64,000 nt of DNA. Source: Candidatus Multivoradales bacterium. GTDB lineage: Bacteria; Acidobacteriota; Thermoanaerobaculia; Multivoradales; JAHEKO01. Under the pieces are notes generated by a model that had not been told where the DNA came from, made no database searches, and saw nothing but the letters and a program-made list of their open reading frames with translations. Location of the stretch: positions 2,272,001-2,336,000 of the forward strand of contig CBDFIJ010000004.1 of the NCBI GenBank assembly GCA_965248055.1, in the 5' to 3' direction. The position numbers and the translations under genes are program-made. This document shows positions 20,829 through 32,198 of this stretch, one piece after another (within the stretch, counting starts at the first letter, position 1; every line of letters begins with the position of its first letter).

Positions 20829-21267
20829 ATGGCTCGCGGGCGGAGTCGTACTGTTGGTTTTTCTCTCGGGACTTGGGGTTGGATCGTTGGGAACCCTTGC
20901 CTTTCAGCACCACTCTCCCGGAGGCCGTTTTCCTGGGCACCGGTTTTCTGGAAGCGGGATGGTCGATCAGGATCACCGGGAACATTCGGCACCAAGGCTG
21001 CTCGATCAGCGCTTCATCCGCAGTTTAAACCTCTCGAAGGACCAAGCCGATCAACTAGAAGCTCTTCATCGGCAAATCGAAGAAAAGATGGCTAAAGTCC
21101 GGCCCCGGGTTCGCAGCGAGGTCGAAGGTCTTCGGTCCTCGCACCTCAATGAAGTGCGTACGATTCTCGACGAACAGCAGAGAGAACACTTCGACCGGAT
21201 GATCGCCCGACGAGAGCGCAGGCATCGGCAACGGATGCGACGCCCCCCTGCTGAGATATCCGAATAG
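20821..21267 (+). CDS. Periplasmic heavy-metal-sensor/Spy-like membrane protein
   Basis: N-terminal TM (VFLSGLGVG), LNLSKDQ and ILDEQQ repeats. Confidence 0.65.
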   Translation: MSKWLAGGVVLLVFLSGLGVGSLGTLAFQHHSPGGRFPGHRFSGSGMVDQDHREHSAPRLLDQRFIRSLNLSKDQADQLEALHRQIEEKMAKVRPRVRSEVEGLRSSHLNEVRTILDEQQREHFDRMIARRERRHRQRMRRPPAEISE

Positions 21268-21276
21268 CGTTACGAT

Positions 21277-22557
21277 CTAAGCGTGGCGCACCCAGCGCCA
21301 CAGCTCGGCAAAGGTGGGTTTCTTGCCGTACATCAGGATTCCGGTGCGGTAGACCTTGGCGGCGACCGAGATCATCAAGAACATGAACGCGGTGGTCAGC
21401 AAGTAGCTGAGAGCGATCTGCCACGCGGGTGGTGTCTTGACGGCAATACGCATCACCATTACCAGCGGGGAAAACATCGGGATCAGCGACATGATGACCG
21501 ATAGTTTGGAGTCAGGGTCATTGATAATCGGAGACAATGCCAGCATTGGCATGATCAGGAATGCGATCCCGAAAACGGCCATCTGCTGAGCTTCTTGTAC
21601 GTTGTTAAATGCGGCGCCGAGAGTGGCGTAGAAAGCGGCATAGATACCGAATCCCAAAAGGAAGAATCCTAGGAAATGAAAGACCACGGACAGCGGCAAG
21701 CTCGGAAGCTCGATGCCCTCAGGCAGCATCGTACTGGCCGCAAACAAGCCCGGAGTTAGGCCGACAAACGCGGCAGTTAGCCAAACCACCATCTGGGTCA
21801 AAGCAGCGCCACAGATGCCGATCAGCTTGCCCAACATCAACTCGGTGGACGACACTGCCGACAGCATCACTTCAACAACCCGACTCGACTTTTCCTCAAG
21901 CACGCCGTTAAGAACCGCTTGGCCGTACATGATGATGCCCATGTACAGGGACAAGATGAGGAACAAAGCGAGCAAGAATGCCGCTCCACCGCCTTTCGAA
22001 GTGTCTCCGTCTGCGCCAACTTGCACTGGATTGAGGCTGACTCCCTGAGTGAGGTTGGCAACCTCGTCGGGGTCGAAGCCGGCGCGAACGAGACGAAGTT
22101 GACGGAGCGTTCGATTGAGGGCTCTTCGCAAAACACTTTGGGTGAGTACGTTGGCGGTGCTTTCCGCGTGGTAGTCCACGCTCTCAGTCGTGAGTGGGTC
22201 CTTCCCCAGCCAAATCCAAGCGTCGATTTCCCCTTCCAAGAGGCGTGCATCCAGGTCGGACCGCATCGCCTCAACATCGGCCCCGAGCGGTTGGTGGACT
22301 AAGTTGAATTGAATTCCTCCACCTGAGGATTCGGAGGCAGGAAATAATTCCGCAGAAAGATCCGCGAAAAGTTCGGCATCACCACCAGCAACCACTAGTT
22401 CTTGTACTGCACTGGCACGATCGGCAAGCAAGGAGGGGAGGAACATCATTACTAACATCAGCACCGGCATCAGCAGAGTGGCGATCCAAAAGGCTTTTGA
22501 CTTCAGGCGTGCGAGGTATTCTCGCGAAGCAACGATCAGTGCTTTCTCAATGCGCAT
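21277..22557 (-). CDS. ABC-2 type permease (NatB-like)
   Basis: REYLARLKSKAF, GVLEEKSSRVVEVMLS, GKLIG and YRTGILMYGK. Confidence 0.9.
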   Translation of the reverse strand: MRIEKALIVASREYLARLKSKAFWIATLLMPVLMLVMMFLPSLLADRASAVQELVVAGGDAELFADLSAELFPASESSGGGIQFNLVHQPLGADVEAMRSDLDARLLEGEIDAWIWLGKDPLTTESVDYHAESTANVLTQSVLRRALNRTLRQLRLVRAGFDPDEVANLTQGVSLNPVQVGADGDTSKGGGAAFLLALFLILSLYMGIIMYGQAVLNGVLEEKSSRVVEVMLSAVSSTELMLGKLIGICGAALTQMVVWLTAAFVGLTPGLFAASTMLPEGIELPSLPLSVVFHFLGFFLLGFGIYAAFYATLGAAFNNVQEAQQMAVFGIAFLIMPMLALSPIINDPDSKLSVIMSLIPMFSPLVMVMRIAVKTPPAWQIALSYLLTTAFMFLMISVAAKVYRTGILMYGKKPTFAELWRWVRHA

Positions 22558-23449
22558 CGCGAATCGTCCTCACGAATATTTCTTCGAGGTCAACGGAAGA
22601 TCGGGTGAACTCTGCAATCTGGTACACAGAGGTGGCCGCGGCCAAAAAGTGAGCGGGGTCGGTCCCTGGAAGCAGCTGTAGCCGTAGGTGCCCATCGAGT
22701 TCCACAACCTCGTCGACTTCTTCCATTGCGCGAAGGTCCTCGATGGATCCGGTTCCTTGCACACGATAGCCGTGATCGCCGAAGTTAGCTTTGATCGAGC
22801 CTAATTCCCCTTGTAATACCACTTTTCCCATAGAGATCAAGGCGATGTGGTCGCACAGTTTTTCGGCCTGTTCCATGACGTGAGTCGAAAACAGAATGGT
22901 TTTGCCGAGGCGTTTGTAGTCGGCGAGGGTATCCTTGAACAACCCTTGATTGATCGGGTCGAGGCCAGAAAAAGGTTCATCGAGGATGACCAGCTCAGGA
23001 TCATGCAGCAAGGTGCCGGCGAGTTGGATTTTTTGCTGCTGCCCTTTGGACAGTTCTTCGACTTTGCGTGCTGCCCGGTCGGCCAATTCCATGCGCTCCA
23101 ACCACTCCATCGCGCGGGTCGATGCGACTGCCTTTTTGAGCCCGTGAATCTTGCCCAAGAACACCAGGTGTTCGAGCACCGTCATCTTGCGATAGAGCCC
23201 ACGTTCCTCAGGTAGATATCCGACTCGGTGCAAATCTTCAGCGGTGCGCGGTCGACCTCCAATCAAGACCTTTCCGGAATCAGGACCAATTATGTCCATG
23301 ATCATCCGAATCGTGGTGGTCTTACCAGCGCCATTGGGGCCTAGCAGGCCAAAGATAGACCCGGAAGGGACCGAGAGAGACAATTTGTCGACGGCGACGA
23401 AGTCACCGTAGTTCTTGCATACTTCCTGCAAGTCGAGACTTGTGTTCAT
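22547..23449 (-). CDS. ABC transporter ATP-binding protein (NatA-like)
   Basis: GPNGAGKT, LSKGQQQ, ILDEPFSGLD. Confidence 0.95.
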   Translation of the reverse strand: MNTSLDLQEVCKNYGDFVAVDKLSLSVPSGSIFGLLGPNGAGKTTTIRMIMDIIGPDSGKVLIGGRPRTAEDLHRVGYLPEERGLYRKMTVLEHLVFLGKIHGLKKAVASTRAMEWLERMELADRAARKVEELSKGQQQKIQLAGTLLHDPELVILDEPFSGLDPINQGLFKDTLADYKRLGKTILFSTHVMEQAEKLCDHIALISMGKVVLQGELGSIKANFGDHGYRVQGTGSIEDLRAMEEVDEVVELDGHLRLQLLPGTDPAHFLAAATSVYQIAEFTRSSVDLEEIFVRTIRDAH

Positions 23450-23515
23450 GATTGGCGTGATTTTTCGTTAAGGTCGCGTACCGGTAGAAGTACGTATGTT
23501 GAGAAGCAAGGTTAA

Positions 23516-25571
23516 CAGCATCTTGGGCATCTTCGGATTGGCATGTCCGGCGATTCTCTGCGCCCAGGTGAGCGGAGTGGTGGTCGACGCCAACCAGCGG
23601 CCAGTGACCGAAGTGGAGGTGATCGGTTCAGACGGAAACAGCGAAGAACGGCGGCTGTCGGGTGAAGGGGGTATCTTTAAGATCGAACTTTCGCCTCCAC
23701 TGCAACTGATCGCGCGCAAACTGGGGTTTGGTGAGGTGGAAGTCGCGGTAACCGCGGGAACCAGCGAAGTGCGTATGCAGTTACCGCTGGCGCCTTATGT
23801 CGATGAATTGGTGGTCGCGGCAAAAGACGACAGTTTGGGGATTCCGCGCACCGCCTCTTTAGCTACGATTACACCGGGCGAGGGTGCTGCCGGGACTTCG
23901 ATCACTGATTTGGTATCCCATTTACCCTCGGTATCGCAAAATGGCCAAGGCGGTCTGTTCCAGGTGTTCTCAATCCGCGGACTTTCCCGTCATCGAGTGC
24001 TGACCTTGATGGACGGAGTGCGCATTGTTTCGGATCGGCGGGCCGGGTCCTCGACCTCGTTTGCCGATCCACACCTAATCGACGGGGTTGAAGTTCTGCG
24101 TGGACCGGCGTCCAGTCGCTTCGGTTCCGGCGCGCTGGGCGGCGTGGTGCAGTTGGTACCGAGAACCAACCACGAGCTGAGGGCGCATGCCAATTGGCAA
24201 TCCCAAGGCAGTCAAACCGCACTCGGGATCGGTTGGGGTGATCAAAGCACTAGTTTGGATCTGGCCTACCGACGTTCCGGCAATACTGAGACTCCGGAGC
24301 GAGAGACTCTGTTCTCTCAATATCGGCAGACCTCCTTGCTGGCCGGCCATCGCTGGGGGACAACTGAAAGGAACTATCGCGTACGCTTGATGGGCTCATC
24401 GGGTCGGAACATCGGCAAAGTGTCAACCGATTTTCCCAGTCGCATCACCAGATATCCAGAGGAAACTCATTGGCTCGGGCGATTTGTCGCGTCTAGCGCC
24501 AGAAACTCCTGGTCGATCGCTGTACATCCGAGCGTGTTGCGCACCGAAGTGGTTGATGCGCAGTTGAGCCAAGTGGTCAACAGAGCTGCCGATGGGTCGC
24601 TGAGTTGGAACCGGACCGAGGGGACCGAGCGCGGTCGATATTTGTGGGGCGCCGACCTCTTTGTACGAAACGGTGTTCGAGCGTCCGAAACGCTAGCCGG
24701 GGTGACTACGACAACCTTGGATGGTGGGCAACTCGAAGCCTCGGGCTATGCAACCTGGGAGCGGCCAACAGAGAAGGCCACGTTCTCAGTCGGTGGCCGA
24801 TGGACCACTTTGCGGCAAAGTCAAGACCATCAGGCCAGCGCGACGGAAACCTCGGGTAGTGCCTTCGTTGGTTGGGCGGTCAATTTGGGTCAACAGTGGG
24901 ATGTTCGGTTTCATACCGGTTCCGGGTGGCGCTTTCCTTCGCTTTCCGAGCGATTCTTTCGCGGTAGCACTGGACGGGGTCAGGTGATTGGCAATCCAGA
25001 CCTAAAGCCGGAGCGCTCGCTGAGCGCCGAAAGCGGATTGCGTTGGACGGGTGCCCGAGCGTACGTTGACGCCGGTATGCACTACAACCGGGTGGATGAC
25101 TACATCGAGCGTTTCGACTTAGGCGAGGTGCGCAGCTTTGACAATGTTGATTCAGGTTCGATCTGGGGTTTCGAAGTCGCCGGGGCGTGGAGTATTTCCA
25201 GGACTCTTGGATTGGATTGGGGCGGTCATTTGTTGCAGGGCGAAGCAGATAACGGTGACCCGCTGGCTGACATACCACCCGATCGAGCCTGGGCGAGCGT
25301 CCATTGGAGCCCGGAGGACTGGAGCGTCAAGAGTCGCTTGGAACATCGGTTGAGAAAGAGCGACTTGGGTCCAGGGGAGCTCGAACTGGGGTCGGCGACC
25401 TTGCTCTCATTCAAGATTGAGCGTAGTCACCGACTGGGTGTTGTCAGTGTCTATGCTGAGAATCTACTGGACCAGACCTACCGCACTGCTGCCGACGACA
25501 AACTGCCACCTTCGGCCGGAGCAACAGTGGGAGTTTCTTGGCGTTGGATGGCGTCGTCGAACGCACCTTGA
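23516..25571 (+). CDS. TonB-dependent receptor
   Basis: Signal peptide, SIRGL plug, EVLRGPASSRFGSGALGGVV, GNPDLKPERS, ENLLDQTY. Confidence 0.88.
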
Positions 25572-25594
25572 TCGCTTGCCTGACGACCCGAGCT

Positions 25595-26560
25595 CTAGCT
25601 TGGGTCAGCCGGTGAAATTGTCGCACTCATATCCGGCTCACAGACCCGGGCCAAACGAAGATCAAAGTCCGTTTCCATATTGAGCGCCTGGTAACGCTTG
25701 AGTAGTTGGTCCTCGAACTGAGGTATGTAGGAACCAGGTGAAGAGAAGTAATCGTCACAAAGGGTCTTTAGCCGCTCGACGATATTGCGTCTGACAAAGG
25801 GTGAAAAGTGGTTGGGATTCAGCGCTTCATCCCAGAACTCGTTGACATGATTGGCAAAGTCGAAATCGCGCTGGACGCGGGCACGGCCCTCTTCAAACAC
25901 TATGATCGCCGGTAGTTCACCGACTACGTTGTCTTCAAACAAGCTGCGATAGAACAGAAATCCCTCGTAGTTTGCCACCAAGTCGGCGTTGGAAAAGATT
26001 CCGGTGAAGAGAGCGCCAAAGTAGCCATTCTCGTTGCGATTCCCGAGCTTGACCACGCGCTCCAGCGGCAGGTCGCGTAGATGACGCCGATAGTATTTCC
26101 AGCCTTGAGAGACGAAGTGCCCCAACTTGTCGGTGCCGATCAAATCGCCTCCAATTCGAATCGTCGGCCCGATCCCCGTGAAGTACGACACCCGTCGAGC
26201 CCAGAAAGGGATCTCCGCGTAGATGGTTTCTGACCGCGATTGAGGTAGATGGTCAAACTGTGGATCGGTCATCGCCCAACGTTCGACGGGATCTACCCAA
26301 TGGCGACTTCCCAAGCTTTGGTACACCGCCGTGGAAAACTGGCGGCGATTTTCGGGCCCTCTCCATTCCTCTGCCACAGTCTGCAGCGCTTGGCGAAATT
26401 TCTGATTAATCAGATCAGCGCTATCCTCGATCTGGGTCAGCCGGTTCCAGTATTGATCGCATTCATAAGCAGTCGCCGGAACCGACAAGAAGAGTGCTGC
26501 GATGCATGCCACCACAGTGGATCTCAAGCTATTCATCATGCTGGGGAAATTATGAATCAA
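25595..26560 (-). CDS. Secreted hypothetical protein
   Basis: Signal peptide; conserved-looking IGTDKLGHF and SNADLVANYEG motifs. Confidence 0.65.
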   Translation of the reverse strand: MIHNFPSMMNSLRSTVVACIAALFLSVPATAYECDQYWNRLTQIEDSADLINQKFRQALQTVAEEWRGPENRRQFSTAVYQSLGSRHWVDPVERWAMTDPQFDHLPQSRSETIYAEIPFWARRVSYFTGIGPTIRIGGDLIGTDKLGHFVSQGWKYYRRHLRDLPLERVVKLGNRNENGYFGALFTGIFSNADLVANYEGFLFYRSLFEDNVVGELPAIIVFEEGRARVQRDFDFANHVNEFWDEALNPNHFSPFVRRNIVERLKTLCDDYFSSPGSYIPQFEDQLLKRYQALNMETDFDLRLARVCEPDMSATISPADPS

Positions 26561-26578
26561 AAACAGCTGGATGCGAAC

Positions 26579-26606
26579 TAAACCTTTGACACGCGGCGAT
26601 GGTCTA
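26579..26606 (+). promoter_or_regulatory. Putative ECF promoter (TAAACC-N16-GGTCTA)
   Basis: AAAC/GTC-type motif directly upstream of an ECF sigma gene; autoregulation is common. Confidence 0.4.
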
Positions 26607-26615
26607 AGTTAACGA

Positions 26616-27197
26616 ATGCAGACCGAAGCGAGTTTTCCCGCAATTTCAATCATCACTGAGACGGAACCTAGCAGCATGGAAAAACCAATGTCGCTCGATG
26701 TTCGACGTGCCCAACGTGGGGACGTGCAGGCTTTCGAGCGGGTGTATCAAGAGCATGTTGGAAAGATATACGGCCTGTGCTTACGCATGGTGCGCGACTC
26801 TGCACGGGCCGAAGAATTGACCCAAGACGCGTTCGTGCGAGCGTGGCAGAAGATCGGCAGCTTTTCCGGGCGTGCCACCTTTTCCACCTGGCTTCACCGA
26901 TTGACGGTGAATCTTGTGATCAGTGCTGAGCGCGTTCGACAAAGGGAACGGGATCGCGTGGAAGATACGCCGGGTGGTGTTGAACACCAACCGACCCTGG
27001 GTAGACCTTCGGGGCTGAGAATGGATTTGGAGCAGGCGATCGCCCAGCTACCGGATCAAGCCCGGCGGGTTTTTGTTTTGTATCAGGTAGAAGGATATCG
27101 ACACGGAGAGGTCGCCAAGTTTCTGGGAATCGCCGAGGGCACTTCCAAGGCACACCTTTACAGCGCTCGGCAAAAGCTCAAGGAGAGCTTGCAATGA
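26616..27197 (+). CDS. ECF RNA polymerase sigma factor
   Basis: GDVQAFERVY, AEELTQDAFVRAW, FSTWLHRL, GTSKAHL. Confidence 0.92.
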   Translation: MQTEASFPAISIITETEPSSMEKPMSLDVRRAQRGDVQAFERVYQEHVGKIYGLCLRMVRDSARAEELTQDAFVRAWQKIGSFSGRATFSTWLHRLTVNLVISAERVRQRERDRVEDTPGGVEHQPTLGRPSGLRMDLEQAIAQLPDQARRVFVLYQVEGYRHGEVAKFLGIAEGTSKAHLYSARQKLKESLQ

Positions 27198-27826
27198 CTT
27201 GTTTAACAGAAGAACGGATCCAACAGTGGATCGACCAAGAACTTGATAACAGTGCGCGAACAGCTGCGGACGAGCACTTGGATGAATGTCCGTCCTGCCG
27301 CCAGCGGATCGAAGAATTGATGGTCGTGGTTCATGCGACCGAGCATCTACCGATGTCGATCGACACGCCCCGCGACCTGTGGCCGGAAATTCTCACTCAG
27401 CTTAAGCCAGCGTCTCCAACCCGACACCTCCCGGCCTGGTGGCAACTTGCCGCCGCAGCTGCGGTTCTGGTCATGGGGGTATGGATTGGCAGCCAGTGGA
27501 ACCGGCAGAATGCAGCGCCTTCACAAACGGATCAGGCTTATGCAGCCTTGGCTGTTCAAGTGGACAACTTACGCAACCAATTAACGACCTTGGTCGCCGA
27601 GCGCGGAGATCAATTTGATCCTGCGACGGTGGTCGCGGTCAACGAAACTCTGACGACCCTCAACGGGGCAAACGCGGAATTCACGCGGGCATTGGAAAAG
27701 GACCCGGCGAACCGTCGTTTGCAATCGATGAGAGCGTCGTCAGCGAAAAAAGAAGCACACGTGCTGGCCGATTTGGTCGTCGCCCTGAATGGGGCATCGA
27801 TGGCCGGAATCGACCCAACAACTTAG
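27194..27826 (+). CDS. zf-HC2 anti-sigma factor
   Basis: HLDECPSC, DLWPEI, TM LAAAAAVLV. Confidence 0.85.
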   Translation: MTCLTEERIQQWIDQELDNSARTAADEHLDECPSCRQRIEELMVVVHATEHLPMSIDTPRDLWPEILTQLKPASPTRHLPAWWQLAAAAAVLVMGVWIGSQWNRQNAAPSQTDQAYAALAVQVDNLRNQLTTLVAERGDQFDPATVVAVNETLTTLNGANAEFTRALEKDPANRRLQSMRASSAKKEAHVLADLVVALNGASMAGIDPTT

Positions 27827-27838
27827 GAGATACGCAAA

Positions 27839-28744
27839 ATGAAATTAACGATAAAGATTCTTATTCTGATGCTGGTGGCAAGCGTCAGCCAGCAACTGTA
27901 CGCGGGTGAAACCGTGGACCGCACCCTGCCGGCAAACTCTGACGTCGAGATCTGGGTCGAGAATAACGCAGGCGAGGTGATCATCGAGGCGTGGGAGCGC
28001 AACGAGGTTCGCATCTTGGCCGAGATCGGTGACGACGTCGATGAATTGGAGATTGAGGGCGATGAGGGCGGTTACTCGTTCGTTGTCGAAATAAACAACG
28101 ACCACAACAGAGGTTGGAGATTCGGCGGCGACAAGGATGTTGAGAGCAAGCTTGAGCTTTGGGTTCCCGCAGGAGCCCATGTGCAGAGCGAAACAGTGAG
28201 CGCTTCCGCTTCCGTGACCGGAGTTCACGGTGGTCTAGAGATCGAATCGGTCAGTGGTTCGGTGGATTTACGTGGCGTAAGCGGCGGAGTCGAAGCTGAG
28301 ACCGTCAGTGGTGACCTGCAGGTGGAAGCTGAAGGGGATTCGGTTTACGCCGAGTCGTTCAGCGGTACGGTGAGCGTCAGTGGAGCCAGCGGCGATATTC
28401 AGGCCGCGTCGGTGTCAGGTTCGGTCAAGATTGGCGACAGCACCGCGCGAGAGCTGGACCTTGAAACCGTCAGTGGCTCGATTACCTTTGAAGGCTCTTT
28501 GGCATCCGGTGCCGAAGTTAGCGCTGAAAGCGTGAGTGGGTCCGTCAAGTTGATCCTTCCCGCCGGTATCGAAGCTGACTTTGAGATTGAGACCTTTTCC
28601 GGGTCGATTTCTTCTGATTTCGGCGGTAACGCGGAGCGTCATTCTAAGTATGCGCCCGGACAATCGCTCAATTACAGCACCGGCGACGACGTGGAGATCT
28701 GCATCGAAACCCTAAGTGGCTCGGTTTTGCTGATCTCTCGCTAG
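27839..28744 (+). CDS. DUF4097 family beta-strand repeat protein
   Basis: Signal peptide; repeated E(S/T)VSGS motifs. Confidence 0.85.
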   Translation: MKLTIKILILMLVASVSQQLYAGETVDRTLPANSDVEIWVENNAGEVIIEAWERNEVRILAEIGDDVDELEIEGDEGGYSFVVEINNDHNRGWRFGGDKDVESKLELWVPAGAHVQSETVSASASVTGVHGGLEIESVSGSVDLRGVSGGVEAETVSGDLQVEAEGDSVYAESFSGTVSVSGASGDIQAASVSGSVKIGDSTARELDLETVSGSITFEGSLASGAEVSAESVSGSVKLILPAGIEADFEIETFSGSISSDFGGNAERHSKYAPGQSLNYSTGDDVEICIETLSGSVLLISR

Positions 28745-28765
28745 AGCGAGAACCTTCGATTCTCG

Positions 28766-28797
28766 ACACGCCGGCCTTTGGGCCGGCGTGTTTTTTT
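28766..28797 (+). terminator. Rho-independent terminator
   Basis: ACACGCCGGCC-tttg-GGCCGGCGTGT followed by a T-run. Confidence 0.85.
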
Positions 28798-28923
28798 GTG
28801 CAAAGAGACGGATTGTAGTAGCGTGACAAAAAAGTGGGGTGGCTCTCGCCACCCCATATGGAGGAGGGAACCGCAGGGCCGGCGGTCGCCGGCCCTTTGG
28901 AACAGTTGACTATACAACTTGGC

Positions 28924-30249
28924 CTAGAAAGCTTCTAGGTATTCGTCACATTCCCACGGGTGAACATGGGAGATGTAAGTTGACCATTCGCGGCGCTTCG
29001 CGGCCAGGAAGTGCGATGTGATGTGCTCTCCCAAGGCAGAAGTAAGGATTCGGTCGCGCTCCAGATTGTCGAGAGCACTCGACAGATCGGGGGGCAGTTG
29101 CTTGATCTTTAGCCGCTTCTTTTGTCGCTGACTCATGGCGAAAATATTCTGCTCCACGGGTTCCGGAGCAGTCATTTGTTCGTCGACACCATCGAGACCG
29201 GCTGCCAACATCACGGCTATTGCCAGGTAGGGATTGCAAGACGGGTCGGGCACCCGTAGTTCACAGCGAGTTGACATCCCTCGTTTGGCAGGAACTCGCA
29301 CCAGAGGGCTTCGATTCCTCTCCGACCAGGCAATATTGGTCGGTGCCTCATAGCCAGGAACCAAACGTTTGTAGGAGTTAACCAGCGGGTTGGTAATCGC
29401 CACCAAGGAAGGGGCGTGGGCTAGCAGTCCAGCGATATAACCGGTGGCTACCGACGAGAGTTGGCGAGGCGCTTTGGGGTCATGAAACGCGTTCTCGCCG
29501 TTCTTGAGCAGGCTCATGTTGCAGTGCATGCCGGACCCGTTGACTCCAAAGATTGGTTTGGGCATAAATGTGGCGTGCAGGTCGTGATCGAGGGCGACCT
29601 TCTTGACCACGAAACGAAATGTCGTGATGTTGTCGGCACAGGAGATCGCCTCACTGTATTTAAAGTCCACTTCGTGCTGTCCTGGAGCGACCTCGTGATG
29701 GGCTGCTTCCACTTCAAAGCCCATCGCCTCCAAGACAAGGACGATATCGCGTCGACACTCTTCCCCGCGATCCACCGGAGTGAGGTCAAAATAGCCACCC
29801 ACGTCGTGGGTGTCCAAAACCGGATCGCCAAATTCGTCCCGCTGAAGCAGAAAAAACTCGGCCTCGGGTCCAACCACCATTTCATAGCCAAGCCTGGACG
29901 CCCGGGCAACTTGTCGTTTCAGGGTTAGGCGTGGACACCCCTCAAATCCGGAGCCGTCAGGACGATGAACGTCACATATCAAACGGGCCACCTTGGACCC
30001 GTCTGGAGTGGTCCAAGGATTGACCTGAAAGGTATTTAGGTCGGGCACCAGCAACATGTCCGATTCCTCAATGCGGGTAAATCCCTCGATCGAAGAACCG
30101 TCGAACATGATTTGTCCGTCGAGTGCTTTCTCAAACTGACTGCGGGGCACCTCTACATTCTTGATAATGCCCATGATGTCGGTGAACTGGAGCCGTAGAA
30201 AGTGTGCGCCCTCTTTGTCGGCTACCTTGAGGATTTCCGCTGCTTGCAT
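28924..30249 (-). CDS. glnA: Type I glutamine synthetase
   Basis: FDGSSIEGF, HHEVAPGQHE, FMPKP, NGSGMH, NSYKRLVPGYEAP, NRS. Confidence 0.97.
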   Translation of the reverse strand: MQAAEILKVADKEGAHFLRLQFTDIMGIIKNVEVPRSQFEKALDGQIMFDGSSIEGFTRIEESDMLLVPDLNTFQVNPWTTPDGSKVARLICDVHRPDGSGFEGCPRLTLKRQVARASRLGYEMVVGPEAEFFLLQRDEFGDPVLDTHDVGGYFDLTPVDRGEECRRDIVLVLEAMGFEVEAAHHEVAPGQHEVDFKYSEAISCADNITTFRFVVKKVALDHDLHATFMPKPIFGVNGSGMHCNMSLLKNGENAFHDPKAPRQLSSVATGYIAGLLAHAPSLVAITNPLVNSYKRLVPGYEAPTNIAWSERNRSPLVRVPAKRGMSTRCELRVPDPSCNPYLAIAVMLAAGLDGVDEQMTAPEPVEQNIFAMSQRQKKRLKIKQLPPDLSSALDNLERDRILTSALGEHITSHFLAAKRREWSTYISHVHPWECDEYLEAF

Positions 30250-30521
30250 ATTGGTGGATTCTCCGTTCTTGTGGTTCCCAGTTGTGATCTCATAATTTAC
30301 CAGAATCGGCTAAATCTACAAGTCACCTTGATAAGAAACAACCGCAAATCGAAAGAGTGACCACCGATAATGGTCAATTCGACAAAAATGACACATCACT
30401 CGACGCTAAGAAAGATAGACTGTGACTATCGGCACATGGACAATTCTCGTTTTCTGCTTACAATTCAGCAATCCGTCGGCGGAAAATGTTAAGTCTCTGG
30501 CACTGAGGCACCGTCGGCTGG

Positions 30522-30890
30522 GTGTCGCTTATGGAACACGTCAGCCTAGAAGACCTGCGCAAGCTGGTATTGCTGCAAGACGGCAGAACGAACCCACGGG
30601 TGGTGGAACACTTGGTGAGTGGGTGTAAGCAATGTAGCGATCTGATTAAGCGAGAGTTGATCGATAGCGGGCGGCTCAAACCAGAAAGTGGAATGTGGCA
30701 TGCCAGCGATCGAGAAATTGACCTTTTTATTATCGACCTACCGGCAACGCCGATCGAAGTGATTAGCCACCTCAGGGACGGCTGTGGCTACTGCATCGAG
30801 CGGGCTCGTAAGGTTTTCCGTGATCACTTTGGGGCCTTGCCCTCCAGTGGATTGGGACTTGTGGAAGAAAAGACTCCGAGGGAGAAGTAG
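30522..30890 (+). CDS. Small protein with two H-x~20-HLxxGCxxC zinc-finger-like repeats
   Basis: VVEHLVSGCKQC and VISHLRDGCGYC. Confidence 0.65.
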   Translation: MSLMEHVSLEDLRKLVLLQDGRTNPRVVEHLVSGCKQCSDLIKRELIDSGRLKPESGMWHASDREIDLFIIDLPATPIEVISHLRDGCGYCIERARKVFRDHFGALPSSGLGLVEEKTPREK

Positions 30891-32198
30891 ATGACACACG
30901 TTACTGAATCGGTTGCTCGCCAAGTGGTATGTCGAGATATTGGTTCGAGGGAGCAGCAAGAGGTCGTCGGCCACCTGTTGGACGGATGCCAAGAATGCTT
31001 GGAGCGAATGCGCGAGGCGATGGCGGACCACTGGACGCAGCAACATCGTGAACGTTGTGCCGAGGCCGATTTTTTCGATTCTTGGGTCGACGAGTTGGAC
31101 GGACTTACAGCTCAGCAACAACGAGAGTTTGTCTTAGCCAAAGAGCGAGTTCCCAGTCGTGGGTTCGTCGATCGCTTGGCGCAAGAGAGCTATCGCTGGA
31201 TGAATGAAGATCCCAACCGGGCAATGGTCTTGGCAGAACTGAGCACCGCGGTGGCAAAACGCTACGCTGAAATCGCACGAGATGAACAGAGTGGATTCGA
31301 CGCTCGAGCGAATGCCACGATCCAGTTGGCCAACGTTTATCGTCGCTGTCGATCCGACTTTGCCCGGGCGGAAACCTTGTTGGCGGAAGCCGATGTGTTG
31401 TTAGAGCAGGGTACCGGCGATCCCTATCTGCGCGCCGACCAGCTGCGGGTTCTAGGTTTGATGTGCAATGAGCAGACGAAATGTGAACAAGCTATTGAGG
31501 CCATAGAGCGGGTTTGGAGAATCCATGCCGCGATGGACGACTGGGGTGCAGTTGGTCGTTCATTGGTAGATCGGGGGATCGTCTTGGCTGAGGCTGATCG
31601 ATTTCAAGACGCGATAGTTAGTCTTCGCACCGCCCTCGGACTTGTCGCTGAGATTCCGGACAGCAGATTTCCGTTGGTTGCAAGCCATAACTTAGCGTTC
31701 TGGCATTCTGAAAATGGTGAAACGGAAACAGCTGTTGAATTACTTGGGGTGGCCGAACGGTGGTGTGAGCAAGTCGGCATGCGTTCCGACCGTCTGCGTG
31801 TAGTTTGGACTCGCGCTAGGTTGCTATCTCGGAATGAAGACCTAGAACAAGCCTCTGCAGCGTTTGCCGAAACTCGGAATGGATTCGTTGACATGGGAAT
31901 GGCGTTCGAAGCTAGCCATGTGACCCTGGATCACGCCGCCGTTTTATTGCAGATGGGTCGATTTGTCGAGCTAAAGAAACAGTGCCGAGAGAGCTACGAA
32001 ATATTCCGTGCGCGGAAACTTCATTCGGAAGCTTTGGCCGCGCTGAGATTCTTGACAGAGGCGGTTGAAAAAGATCGAGCGGATGAAAAACTCTTAGCGT
32101 ACGTTTACGAGTTCGTGAAGGCAGCTCAATCGAACACGAGTATGAAGTTCACCCCTCCCAGAGCTCGACCGAGTTTCCGGCGACTCGCTCATCGTTGA
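30891..32198 (+). CDS. Zinc-finger plus TPR-repeat protein
   Basis: VVGHLLDGCQEC at the N-terminus, then helical TPR-like repeats (LANVYR, HNLAFW). Confidence 0.75.
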   Translation: MTHVTESVARQVVCRDIGSREQQEVVGHLLDGCQECLERMREAMADHWTQQHRERCAEADFFDSWVDELDGLTAQQQREFVLAKERVPSRGFVDRLAQESYRWMNEDPNRAMVLAELSTAVAKRYAEIARDEQSGFDARANATIQLANVYRRCRSDFARAETLLAEADVLLEQGTGDPYLRADQLRVLGLMCNEQTKCEQAIEAIERVWRIHAAMDDWGAVGRSLVDRGIVLAEADRFQDAIVSLRTALGLVAEIPDSRFPLVASHNLAFWHSENGETETAVELLGVAERWCEQVGMRSDRLRVVWTRARLLSRNEDLEQASAAFAETRNGFVDMGMAFEASHVTLDHAAVLLQMGRFVELKKQCRESYEIFRARKLHSEALAALRFLTEAVEKDRADEKLLAYVYEFVKAAQSNTSMKFTPPRARPSFRRLAHR